From contig JBBRVE010000004.1 of the NCBI GenBank assembly GCA_038247245.1, positions 22,485 through 86,484 of the forward strand: a stretch of 64,000 bases of DNA. The letters run 5' to 3'. Shown here one piece after another: positions 36,282 through 44,832 of this stretch (position 1 is the first letter of the stretch; the number at the start of each line of letters is the position of its first letter). The DNA is from Bdellovibrionales bacterium. Its GTDB lineage: Bacteria; Pseudomonadota; Alphaproteobacteria; Micavibrionales; UBA2020. The notes under the pieces were generated by a model, which saw nothing but the letters and a program-made list of their open reading frames with translations, searched no databases and was not told the origin of the DNA. A program made the translations under genes and the position numbers.

Positions 36282-37394
36282 ATGCAATCCGCCGTTAAAA
36301 TCAAGCAATCCCCCGTTTTAACCCCGCATGAACGCCTGAATGCGCTGCTGGAAGGCGCAGGGGTCAGCAAGACGGTCTATAGCTATGTGATGCCGGAGAC
36401 CGAAAGCACGCTGGACGCGCTGCTGGATGCCGACCGGGATGCGCTGCGCGGCATGTACCGCGAGGCCTGGACGCAAAAACAGGATGCGATGCACGAGGAA
36501 TTTTTTGCGGTGTGGAAGCAATGGTCCTCGCCCATCTTGCGCTTTAACGCGTTTGAATTTCCGTGGGTCTATACCACCGGCGGCGCGAGCGAGGCATTGC
36601 GCGAGGCTGTCTATGCTTATGGGCATGATGCGCGCATGCAGGGCTTCACGCCCACCATCCATGTGTTCGCGGGCGATTACGAAGGGTTTTCGGCCTATGC
36701 ACAGGCGGCGGGCATTGCCGTGGTCGCGCATAACCGCCGCGACTGGCAGACCGCGATTGAAAAGGTCGGCCCGCGCGACCAGTTTTACCTGAGCCAGCCC
36801 GCCGCGATTGACGGTAACGTCTGGGGCGATTTCGATGCCTTTGTGAACACCCTGTATAAACATCGCCCGACGGCGGCGGTGATGCTGGACCTGACCTATG
36901 TCGGCTGCGTCGCACGAGGATTTACCGTCGAGGCCTTTGCGCCCAATATCCGTGCCATTTTCTTTTCGCTCAGCAAGCCGATGGGCGTGTATTACCACCG
37001 CGTGGGCGGGATGCTGTCGCGCAGCTCCTATCCCGGGTTGTTCGGCAATAAATGGTTCAAGAATTTGCTGTCGCTGAAACTGGGCACGGCATTGATGCAG
37101 AAATACGGCGTGCATGAACTGCCGCGCAAATACGCCACCATCGGCCAGACGCCCGCGATTGCCAAGGCGCGGGCGGTGCTGGGGCTGGACCTCACCCCTG
37201 CCGATGTGTTTTTGCTGGCGAGCGCGCCCTATGCCGACAAGAACGACGAACTGGCGCAATATCTGGTACGCGGCGGCGCGGGCGATGAAAAACTCCGCCT
37301 GTGCCTGACGCCCATCATCGCATCCATCGTGAACCCCGACATCGATTCAACCGTGCGGGCGCGTGCACATGAGGGTGCGGGAGGCCGCACATGA
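36282..37394 (+). CDS. PLP-dependent aminotransferase-fold-like protein
   Basis: AGAGGG SD 5 nt before the ATG at 36282. TTGGASEALREAV, MLDLTYVG and FFSLSKPMGVYYHRVGG resemble the phosphate-loop / Asp / Schiff-base Lys pattern of fold-type I enzymes. Confidence 0.55.
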   Translation: MQSAVKIKQSPVLTPHERLNALLEGAGVSKTVYSYVMPETESTLDALLDADRDALRGMYREAWTQKQDAMHEEFFAVWKQWSSPILRFNAFEFPWVYTTGGASEALREAVYAYGHDARMQGFTPTIHVFAGDYEGFSAYAQAAGIAVVAHNRRDWQTAIEKVGPRDQFYLSQPAAIDGNVWGDFDAFVNTLYKHRPTAAVMLDLTYVGCVARGFTVEAFAPNIRAIFFSLSKPMGVYYHRVGGMLSRSSYPGLFGNKWFKNLLSLKLGTALMQKYGVHELPRKYATIGQTPAIAKARAVLGLDLTPADVFLLASAPYADKNDELAQYLVRGGAGDEKLRLCLTPIIASIVNPDIDSTVRARAHEGAGGRT

Positions 37395-38200
37395 AAAACA
37401 TCGAACTGGTTTTCGACAAGAACGATATCCACGACCATATACGCAGCCTGTGGAAGACGCCGGAATTCAAGCATTCGCATGCCTCCGGCGGGCTGGTGAG
37501 CCAGATCATCGACCGTTACGCGAACCTACCGCGTTTTTTCTATGACATGAGCGACGACCGGCTGGAGCGCGCGCATTTTTCCGTCTGGTGGTCGGGCGTT
37601 GCGTACCGCAGTTATCATCAGGACACTTGCAGCGATTTATATCTGCTGCATGAATTCGCGCATGGCGCGGATATGGTGCATATCGCGGGCGCGCATTCGG
37701 AAGGCTTCCGGCGCAAGATGCAGGACAACGAATTCATGGCCAGCACGCTGACCGAAATCGTCGCCTATTTTGATATGCCGAGCTTGCGCCCGCGCACCTT
37801 TAACGGCGCGATCTTCGCCGACCGTTTCATGAATGATCCCGCTTTGCAGGCGATGTGGCGCGATGACCCGAACCGGCTGGTGCAGGAGCTTTATTTCCGC
37901 CGCCGCAACGCGATGTTCTATCCCGACCGCAATGACCCCATCGAAATGTGGCTGCACGGATTTACGACGCAGAACGACAAGTGGTTCCGCATCTGGGGAT
38001 TGCGCTATGACGCGGTAGAGGTGGCGATGGAGAAATTCTCGCGCCGTGCCTTTGCGGGTGACCGCCGCGGCGCGCTGCTCGACCACATGGAATGGCTCGA
38101 TAAGCACAGCGTGAACGGCATTCCCTTCCGCACCGAAGCGGAAAAATTCGCCGATATCTATTGGGAAAAGCGCGATATGGCGACGGTGATGGCGGCTTAA
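37391..38200 (+). CDS. Hypothetical protein with an HExxH motif (putative metallo-hydrolase)
   Basis: ATGA overlap with the upstream gene at 37391-37394. YLLHEFAHGADMVH contains HEFAH. No other family recognised. Confidence 0.55.
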   Translation: MKNIELVFDKNDIHDHIRSLWKTPEFKHSHASGGLVSQIIDRYANLPRFFYDMSDDRLERAHFSVWWSGVAYRSYHQDTCSDLYLLHEFAHGADMVHIAGAHSEGFRRKMQDNEFMASTLTEIVAYFDMPSLRPRTFNGAIFADRFMNDPALQAMWRDDPNRLVQELYFRRRNAMFYPDRNDPIEMWLHGFTTQNDKWFRIWGLRYDAVEVAMEKFSRRAFAGDRRGALLDHMEWLDKHSVNGIPFRTEAEKFADIYWEKRDMATVMAA

Positions 38201-38202
38201 AA

Positions 38203-38652
38203 TTAAACCGTCGGTGCCTTCGCAGGCTTCACGCGCACGAAAGTCTGGAAACCTTCCTTCAATGCTTCACGTTTCGCTTCGCCCATTTCAACCAGCACCT
38301 GCGCCAGCTTTTCAGGGCCGAGGTCGGCGATGACGCCGCGGTTGTCAACGAGATGCAGGCGGTCGCGGCCATTTCCGCGCAGGTCGCGCGCGCCAACCAG
38401 CGCATTCGTGATGTCTTCGACGGTAAGCGACGGCATAGAGAATTCGCGGGGCAGCGGCTCCATCTTTTCCAGCATCGCGCCGAGGGTGCCGGGTTTTGCT
38501 TTCGGCGTTTTGCGCGGCTCGCGCTTGTTCGCCAGAATGTCATCGACGCTTTCATCCACGCCCGCGAATTTCGCGAACACATCCACCAGCGTGCCCTGTA
38601 CCTGCACTGTGATACCGGCCAGTTTGTATTTGTCGCCTCTGATCTCGCGCAT
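38203..38652 (-). CDS. Hypothetical protein (149 aa)
   Basis: AGGAGA SD 5 nt upstream of the ATG at 38652. Natural composition. Tail FQTFVRVKPAKAPTV. Confidence 0.55.
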   Translation of the reverse strand: MREIRGDKYKLAGITVQVQGTLVDVFAKFAGVDESVDDILANKREPRKTPKAKPGTLGAMLEKMEPLPREFSMPSLTVEDITNALVGARDLRGNGRDRLHLVDNRGVIADLGPEKLAQVLVEMGEAKREALKEGFQTFVRVKPAKAPTV

Positions 38653-38881
38653 GGATGTCTCCTGAAAAAACGCAGTTCTATATAGAAGGGGAAGGACTCG
38701 CCGTTTGTGATCGGCGGTCATGAGGCGAGATTACGCCAGCATTTCCGTAACGTCAAGAAAAGCCATCATCCACTAACTTATTGAATAATATAAATTATTT
38801 TTACCATGCCCCGTCTTCACCGCCTCTTAATGTGCATTATGTATAATATGCTCAAGGGAATCTCAGGGGAGTTTCGGGGCC

Positions 38882-39277
38882 ATGAAAGCTTTCATGGACG
38901 GGTTCGTATCCGCCGCATTCAATTCAAAGGTCGCATATGATTTGCGCGCGCAAGCGTTGACGGTCGATATGCTGCAGGCCTTTTACCGCCGCGAGCATGC
39001 AACGGTTTCACATCTTGCATCGCAAGGCGCGCGCTTCACGCCCGAGATGCTGCAGGTCGCCATCGGATTCCGCGACCAGCATCTGACGCGCGCATGTCTT
39101 GAGGGAAATGTTTTGCCGAACGAAGCGATGGTAAAATTCGCAATCGACTGTCGCGACACGCCGCTGGCAGAAATGCTGATGCAAAAAATTCCAGCGCATG
39201 TGCAGGACCTGAAACGCTATGCGCAGAAACGCAGCGAAGATCTCGCGCCTGTCATGCTCGACGAACACATCATCTGA
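38882..39277 (+). CDS. Hypothetical helical-repeat protein (weakly ankyrin-like)
   Basis: 131 aa with repeated helix pairs (…HLASQGARFTPEMLQVAIGFRDQHLTRACLEGNVLPNEAMVKFAIDCRDTPLAEMLMQ…). Confidence 0.45.
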   Translation: MKAFMDGFVSAAFNSKVAYDLRAQALTVDMLQAFYRREHATVSHLASQGARFTPEMLQVAIGFRDQHLTRACLEGNVLPNEAMVKFAIDCRDTPLAEMLMQKIPAHVQDLKRYAQKRSEDLAPVMLDEHII

Positions 39278-39397
39278 AATTTTTCTACGTTATCTTATAT
39301 AGTCACGTGCGCGTTAAGTTGGCGCATGTGTTTTGTTTTCCGAAAATGTTTTTTACAACATGTTGTGGAGAAAATTTCCGCACCGCGCAAAATCTTG

Positions 39398-39426
39398 ATG
39401 ACAGGCGAATCACTTTGGCGTATATT
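39398..39426 (+). promoter_or_regulatory. Sigma-70-like promoter in the 400-nt gap upstream of phoH
   Basis: aTGACA (39398-39403), 17-nt spacer, TATATT (39421-39426). Confidence 0.4.
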
Positions 39427-39574
39427 TCAATTAAGGCTTTGTTAAGGTTTTTTCAGGGAGAACCGATTACTTGGACCTCATTCGACTCAATGTCTTCCCA
39501 CCCAGGCGCGGCACCGAAATTCTGCCGCAACTGATTATCGCAACGGCCCGCACGCGCATCGTCAAATCGACAGC

Positions 39575-39598
39575 AACCTCCCCTTGGGAGGTTTTTTT
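39575..39598 (+). terminator. Strong intrinsic terminator about 95 nt upstream of the phoH ATG
   Basis: AACCTCCC-ctt-GGGAGGTT followed by a T-run (7 consecutive T including the stem end). Confidence 0.65.
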
Positions 39599-39691
39599 GC
39601 GCCCGGAACATGCCGAGAAGTTTTCCATCCACTACCGGCCGAAAAAGAAAACTTCAAAAAAGAATACTGAACCACAGGGGAGAAAATAATC

Positions 39692-40462
39692 ATGGGGAAG
39701 AAATCCAAAGTTTCGAGCTACAGCGCGAACCGCAGCCCGTCCATCGAACGCGTGCATCAGCTGTTCGGTGGTCATTGGGACCCGTTGGATGGCAAGGGCC
39801 AGGCTTTCGTCGGCCCCAGCTCCAGCCACGGCACGCAAGGCTATGTGAAGGAAGTGAAACCCCGCAGCGACGGCCAGAAAAAACTGATGGAGGCGATCGA
39901 CAAGCATAACCTTGTCTTCGCGATCGGCCCCGCCGGCACGGGCAAAACCTATCTTGCGGTCACAGCGGCGGTGGAAGCGTTCCTCGACGGCAAGGTCGAG
40001 CGCATTATATTGTCGCGCCCTGCGGTTGAAGCGGGCGAGAAGATCGGCTTCCTGCCGGGCGACCTGCAGGACAAAATGGCGCCGTATCTGCGCCCGCTCT
40101 ATGACGCTTTGCAGGACCGCATGGGGCTGAAACGCCTCAAGCAGTGCATCGATTCAGGCGAGATCGAGATTGCGCCCATCGGTTACATGCGCGGCCGTAC
40201 CCTCAACAAGGCCTTCGTCGTGATCGACGAGGCGCAGAACTGCACCTATGCGCAGATCAAGATGATCGTGTCCCGCCTCGGCTGGGGCTCGACCATGGTG
40301 ATCACAGGCGACCCCGACCAGTCGGATCTGCTGGACGGCATTTCCGGCCTGCGCGACATGTCGAAAAAGCTCTCATCTGTCGATGGCATCGGCGTCGAAT
40401 ACCTGACGCAAACCGACATCGTGCGCCACCCGCTGGTGGCCAAGATGCTGGAAGTGATCTGA
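39692..40462 (+). CDS. phoH: PhoH-family ATPase (short form)
   Basis: FAIGPAGTGKTYLAV, RPAVEAGEKIGFLPGDL, FVVIDEAQN and DIVRHPLV blocks. Confidence 0.85.
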   Translation: MGKKSKVSSYSANRSPSIERVHQLFGGHWDPLDGKGQAFVGPSSSHGTQGYVKEVKPRSDGQKKLMEAIDKHNLVFAIGPAGTGKTYLAVTAAVEAFLDGKVERIILSRPAVEAGEKIGFLPGDLQDKMAPYLRPLYDALQDRMGLKRLKQCIDSGEIEIAPIGYMRGRTLNKAFVVIDEAQNCTYAQIKMIVSRLGWGSTMVITGDPDQSDLLDGISGLRDMSKKLSSVDGIGVEYLTQTDIVRHPLVAKMLEVI

Positions 40463-40577
40463 GCTTAAGTTTCTACACACCTGACGTACCAGCCTTTCTA
40501 TCTATGGCTCCTATCCTTGCAAAGCCCGGCTTCACCCTGAAGCCGGGCTCTTTTTTTGCACCGCAAGGTATGGGATA

Positions 40578-41363
40578 GTGGATGCCATGAGCCAGAGAAC
40601 ATTCACACCGCGCGGCGGCAATGCGCTTGCCTATAACCAGACCAAGGGAAAATCGAAAACCTTGCCGGGTGTCATGTTCATGGGCGGTTTCCGCTCCGAC
40701 ATGACGGGTACCAAGGCGACGTATCTTGAACAAAACTGCATCCGCCGCCACCAGTCCTTTTTGCGGTTCGATTATTCGGCGCATGGCGCATCAGGCGGCA
40801 TTTTCACCGAACAGACCATCAGCAGCTGGTTGCGCGACAGCGAAGCGGTGTTCGATAAATTGACCGAAGGCGACCAGATCGTCGTCGGGTCATCCATGGG
40901 CGGCTGGCTTGCGTTATTGCTGGCACTGAACAAGCCGGAGCGCATCAAGGGCCTTATCCTGCTGGCCCCGGCCCCCGATTTTTCCGAAGACATTTATAAC
41001 AACGAATTCGGCGAGGAAGAACGCCGCCATCTGGACCAGAAGGGCATGATTTACCGTGCCAGCAGTTACGGCGACCCCTATCCGCTGACGAAGCAGCTTT
41101 TCGAAGACGGCAAGAAAAACCTGCTGCTGACCGGCCGCATCGTGCTGCCCATGGCCGTACGCATCATCCACGGCAAAAAAGACGCCGATGTGCCATGGGA
41201 AAAAAGCGTCACGTTGATGGATAAATTACGGTCACCCGATTACAAGGCGATCTGGGTCAATGACGGCGACCATCGTCTATCGCGCGATTCCGACCTGAAG
41301 CTGATCGATGAGACGGTGGCGGAACTGTCCCAGATGAAACGTCTGGAAGCTGCGCAAACCTGA
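40578..41363 (+). CDS. Alpha/beta-fold hydrolase
   Basis: Nucleophile elbow VVGSSMGGWLALLLA and a late DGDHRL His. The start may be the ATG at 40587. Confidence 0.75.
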   Translation: MDAMSQRTFTPRGGNALAYNQTKGKSKTLPGVMFMGGFRSDMTGTKATYLEQNCIRRHQSFLRFDYSAHGASGGIFTEQTISSWLRDSEAVFDKLTEGDQIVVGSSMGGWLALLLALNKPERIKGLILLAPAPDFSEDIYNNEFGEEERRHLDQKGMIYRASSYGDPYPLTKQLFEDGKKNLLLTGRIVLPMAVRIIHGKKDADVPWEKSVTLMDKLRSPDYKAIWVNDGDHRLSRDSDLKLIDETVAELSQMKRLEAAQT

Positions 41364-41366
41364 CGA

Positions 41367-41687
41367 TCAATGGCGCGACTTGTACCCGCCCGCCTTGCCG
41401 CCCTGCAAAACGAAAATCAGGCGGTAAATCAGGTAAAAGGTCAGGGCCGGAGCAAAGAACACCACACAACCGGGCAGCGCCTCTATCTTGCCGCCCATAG
41501 GGCCCATTTTCAGCATCAGGCTGTGAAAATCATTGTAGAGGCCGGGCGCGATTTTCTTGAACCATTCCGTGGTTGTCTGCAGCTTGATCATGTTTTTGAC
41601 GAACCAGAAATAACACAGGTCGTAAATGAACATGACAAAGGACGGTATCATCAGGATTTTGCCGGCTGCCTGAAAAAATTCCATCAT
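41367..41687 (-). CDS. Small membrane protein (106 aa, about 3 TM), last gene of the DotM/DotL-like operon
   Basis: Starts 2 nt after the DotL-like stop. Hydrophobic helices IPSFVMFIYDLCYFWFV and GCVVFFAPALTFYLIYRLIFVL. Confidence 0.55.
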   Translation of the reverse strand: MMEFFQAAGKILMIPSFVMFIYDLCYFWFVKNMIKLQTTTEWFKKIAPGLYNDFHSLMLKMGPMGGKIEALPGCVVFFAPALTFYLIYRLIFVLQGGKAGGYKSRH

Positions 41688-41689
41688 GA

Positions 41690-44290
41690 TTAGGTCTCTC
41701 CATCTTTCTTCTCGGCATCAACGCCGATGACATCCGCCCAGTTGAGCGGGGATTTAACTTGTTGATCGGCCGCCTTCGCCAATTGCTCCACCGCAGGCGC
41801 GGGGTCCCAGGGCGGTGACATCATGGGGGGCTGCTGTTGCACTGGCGGCTGCACTGGTGGCTGCACAGGTGCCTGAACCGGCGTAGCGGGTGCTTCGTTG
41901 CGCGCTTCGGCGACCGCGTTTTGCCCAACGGTCGCGGACGCGCCGCCGATGACATCCATCCACGAAATAGGTGCGGGGAGTGCGGCTGCAGATGCGGCCA
42001 CGGCCGCTTCCTTGGCAGGTGCGCCGCCCGCGCTGATGACGTCTTCCCACGACACCGCTTTTGGCGCTTGCGTTGCCTGCGCAGACTGTTGCGCCGCCTG
42101 CGCTTCGGTAACGGGCGGTTCCTTGCGAATGCTGCTGGATGATGCATCGGCAGCGCCGATGACCTGCATCCAGTTGAGCGGGCCTGTGTTGCCGGTTGCC
42201 TGTGCCACAGCCACGGCAGCGGCTTTTTCGGCTGGCGATGTGATGGCAGCGGTTGCGGGCGCGCCGGCACCGGTCGCAGGAGCATCCACGGCGGCTGCGT
42301 CTTCGGGTTTGATCGTGCTATGCGCTTCGGCGACCTGTGCGACCGCGTTGATGCCGCATTCCAAAAGGCTGCCGCCCGATTTTTTCGCGGCGGCAAAGCC
42401 TGCGGCCAGCGCCTCGATATCATTATTGGTGCCGGATTGCAGCGCGGCGGGGTCCCATTTCGGGTTGCGCAGCCGCTTGAGGATGTCGTTCACGTTACGC
42501 AGTGATTCCAGCGCCTCTTCCGCCGGCGGCGGGATAGGCAGGAAGCGGTGGACGCGCATCGATTTCGCATCGCCGATGTGCGAGTTATACACCTGCATCT
42601 CGACCACGCTCTTGCCGAAGGCGACAATCGCACGCCCCTCCGTGAAGCCTTTCAGGCCATCATAGGATGCGCGTGCGCGCTGTTGCACGTTTGCCTGCTG
42701 GCTGTCCATATACGCCTTGCCGGAACCACCGCCCTGCCCGCCGCGCGAGAAGCCGGAGACTTCGGTCACCAGCGCGGTACCGACAGTTTTTTCAAAAAAG
42801 TCTTTTGTCTGGGTCGGGTCTTCAAGCTTGCCGAACAGTTTGATGTTACAGTTTGCCGTGATGGACCGTGCTTCTTCCTTCACGCGTTTTTCCAGCGCGG
42901 GCAAATCCTGACCGGCGAAGACGAGCGAGAAGCCGAGCGAACGGGCCTGCGCCGCCATGACCGCCATACCCGACGCGGTATAGTAACCGACCTCGTCAAA
43001 GATCGCGATGAAGGGGGTGGAGGAGTTGGTGGGTTTGTTCTCGATCACGACGGATGATTCACCCTCGACCGAGTTACCGAGCGTCGCACCCATCATACCC
43101 TTCAGCGTGGAGGAAATGATTTTACCAAGGTTGGCCGTTTCATCGCCCGATTTTTCAAGGGCGGGGATCAGCACGATCAGGATGCGGCGATTCAGGACGA
43201 CGTCGAGCATGTCGATATCGGCCGCCTGCGTATCGAAGATAAATCCGTAATCGTCGCCAAGCGACTGCATGGAGCGCGTGAACTGCATGGAAAGGTAACC
43301 ATGCTGCTGGCGGGGGACGGAGGTATCGACCGCGCCCGCATCGGGTGGCATCGGCTTTTCGTTTCCTTCGTCGTCGAACACGTGGTCGACATAGCCGGGC
43401 AATTCGTTCAGGTAGCCCTTGACCGCCGCGCGCAACGATTCCGGCACCGCCGCGTCGCGGCTGAGCTTGATGATGGCCTTGAACAGCAGGAACTGGCGGA
43501 TGACGCCGATCGACAGCGGGATGTTCTGGTTTTCGCGTTTCCACACAAGGCAGGGCATCAGCGACGAGACAAGCGCGACGGCGCGTTCTTTCCACATCGC
43601 GTTGTCGCCTTCGGAATCCGGCATCAGCGAAGTGAGCATGTTCGTAAGGTAAGACGGCGAGCCCGAGGAGAACGGGTTCAGCGTGTTCGACGGCACGCGG
43701 CCCGACACGTTACCCGTCATATAGTTCATGATCAGCAAATCGTCGTCGCGGCCAAAGCGGCGTGCCATCGCCGAGATTGTCGACCACAAGGACGTATCCG
43801 CTTTACCGTCGATGTAAATGAATCCCGATGCCCAGCACAGCGCGTTGCAGGCATAGGATTTAAGGCCGTAGGTTTTACCCGAACCGGTGGTGCCGAGGTA
43901 AAGGCAGTGCGTGCGGGCATCCGAGTTGGTAAACCAGATTTCTTCGTTCGTTTCGTGGTCGTTGCCAAGATACAGGATCCCGTCGGCCATGCCGAGCGAC
44001 CCGTCGGGCTGTTTGAAATTGGGATCCTTGATCAACGCCGATTTCGGCAACTTGAACGGCAGTGACACCTTTTGCTTCATCAGCCAGCGGAAATAAAGGC
44101 AATAGATGATGAAAACGATATCGCCGAAGTACTGCAGTGCGGGCGTCGCCAGAAAGCCGGTCGCTACCATTGCAAAAATGATAGACGCAGTTGAGGGATC
44201 AAGCGCGGTATCCTTCATGCGCACGGTCCACGGGCGGGCGTCGCGGAGGAGATCCGAGCCTTTTATCTGATATTTTTCCCGCAGAGCCAC
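41690..44290 (-). CDS. Type IVB coupling protein, DotL/IcmO (IncI TrbC)-like ATPase with a long repeat-bearing C-terminal tail
   Basis: 866 aa, GTG start. Two N-terminal TMs, PFKLPKS, Walker A LGTTGSGKT, ARRFGRDDDLLIMNYMTGN, SNTLNPFSSGS and Walker B IAIFDEVGYY. These blocks match my recollection of Legionella DotL rather than VirD4/TraG. Confidence 0.8.
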   Translation of the reverse strand: MALREKYQIKGSDLLRDARPWTVRMKDTALDPSTASIIFAMVATGFLATPALQYFGDIVFIIYCLYFRWLMKQKVSLPFKLPKSALIKDPNFKQPDGSLGMADGILYLGNDHETNEEIWFTNSDARTHCLYLGTTGSGKTYGLKSYACNALCWASGFIYIDGKADTSLWSTISAMARRFGRDDDLLIMNYMTGNVSGRVPSNTLNPFSSGSPSYLTNMLTSLMPDSEGDNAMWKERAVALVSSLMPCLVWKRENQNIPLSIGVIRQFLLFKAIIKLSRDAAVPESLRAAVKGYLNELPGYVDHVFDDEGNEKPMPPDAGAVDTSVPRQQHGYLSMQFTRSMQSLGDDYGFIFDTQAADIDMLDVVLNRRILIVLIPALEKSGDETANLGKIISSTLKGMMGATLGNSVEGESSVVIENKPTNSSTPFIAIFDEVGYYTASGMAVMAAQARSLGFSLVFAGQDLPALEKRVKEEARSITANCNIKLFGKLEDPTQTKDFFEKTVGTALVTEVSGFSRGGQGGGSGKAYMDSQQANVQQRARASYDGLKGFTEGRAIVAFGKSVVEMQVYNSHIGDAKSMRVHRFLPIPPPAEEALESLRNVNDILKRLRNPKWDPAALQSGTNNDIEALAAGFAAAKKSGGSLLECGINAVAQVAEAHSTIKPEDAAAVDAPATGAGAPATAAITSPAEKAAAVAVAQATGNTGPLNWMQVIGAADASSSSIRKEPPVTEAQAAQQSAQATQAPKAVSWEDVISAGGAPAKEAAVAASAAALPAPISWMDVIGGASATVGQNAVAEARNEAPATPVQAPVQPPVQPPVQQQPPMMSPPWDPAPAVEQLAKAADQQVKSPLNWADVIGVDAEKKDGET

Positions 44291-44316
44291 TTGTGTGCCG
44301 CTTCCTTATATTAAAC

Positions 44317-44820
44317 TTACTTGCCGCCGAACAGCTGGTCCGCCGGTACCGGTTCACCTGGCTTGGCGTAGGGGTTACGGCCCAGTTCCGTGCCCTGCAT
44401 CGTGGGGCGCGCAGGCTGCGCATTGCCGCCCGCCATATAATTGCGCACGGCGGTCGATGCCGTATCGAGGACGAACAGCAAGAAGATGATCGCCAGCCCC
44501 CATTTGACGACGCGCCACAACGTGCCGTTGCCCTGATTGCCGCCCGCCTGCACATCGCCGCGCAGCATGGCGCGCGTGATCATCTTGTGCGCATGCGCAG
44601 CACTTTCGCGGTCGGGATAAGTCGCGATCACTTCTTCGGGCTGGCCGGATTTATTCAGGATGACGCTCGACTTGCCGCCTGCGTCGCGGATTTCAAGGGT
44701 TGCCGTTGCAAGCCCGGACATATCCGCGCGCCAGACTTTCGGCTGTTCGCCGGAAAATGACACCACGAGGGCGGAGCCGACAACCTTGGCATCCACGTCT
44801 TTGCTTGTGCAGGCGAACAT
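44317..44820 (-). CDS. Hypothetical single-TM protein (167 aa) inserted between the DotM-like and DotL-like genes
   Basis: AAGGAGA SD 6 nt before the ATG at 44820. About 110-aa soluble domain, TM (WGLAIIFLLFVLDTAS) and a Pro-rich tail. Confidence 0.55.
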   Translation of the reverse strand: MFACTSKDVDAKVVGSALVVSFSGEQPKVWRADMSGLATATLEIRDAGGKSSVILNKSGQPEEVIATYPDRESAAHAHKMITRAMLRGDVQAGGNQGNGTLWRVVKWGLAIIFLLFVLDTASTAVRNYMAGGNAQPARPTMQGTELGRNPYAKPGEPVPADQLFGGK

Positions 44821-44832
44821 ATCCACTCTCCT

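Noticed and set aside
36318-37259. 313-aa minus-strand ORF
   Set aside because: It is antisense to the PLP-fold gene. That gene has a good SD, translational coupling to the next gene and a natural composition, whereas the antisense product is Arg/Gln/His-rich.
39471-39689. 72-aa plus-strand ORF ending 2 nt before the phoH ATG (possible missing PhoH N-terminal domain)
   Set aside because: It is in a different frame from phoH and contains a strong intrinsic terminator hairpin in its middle. It does not resemble the PhoH/YbeZ N-terminal regions I remember. I treat it as a leader or sRNA instead.
41754-42665. Alternative-frame ORFs (98, 200, 101 and 255 aa) over the DotL-like tail
   Set aside because: All overlap the Ala/Pro-rich tail region of the 866-aa ORF. 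The main frame is continuous with the ATPase domain and carries the four-fold W-x-D-V-I-G motif, so the others are compositional artefacts.
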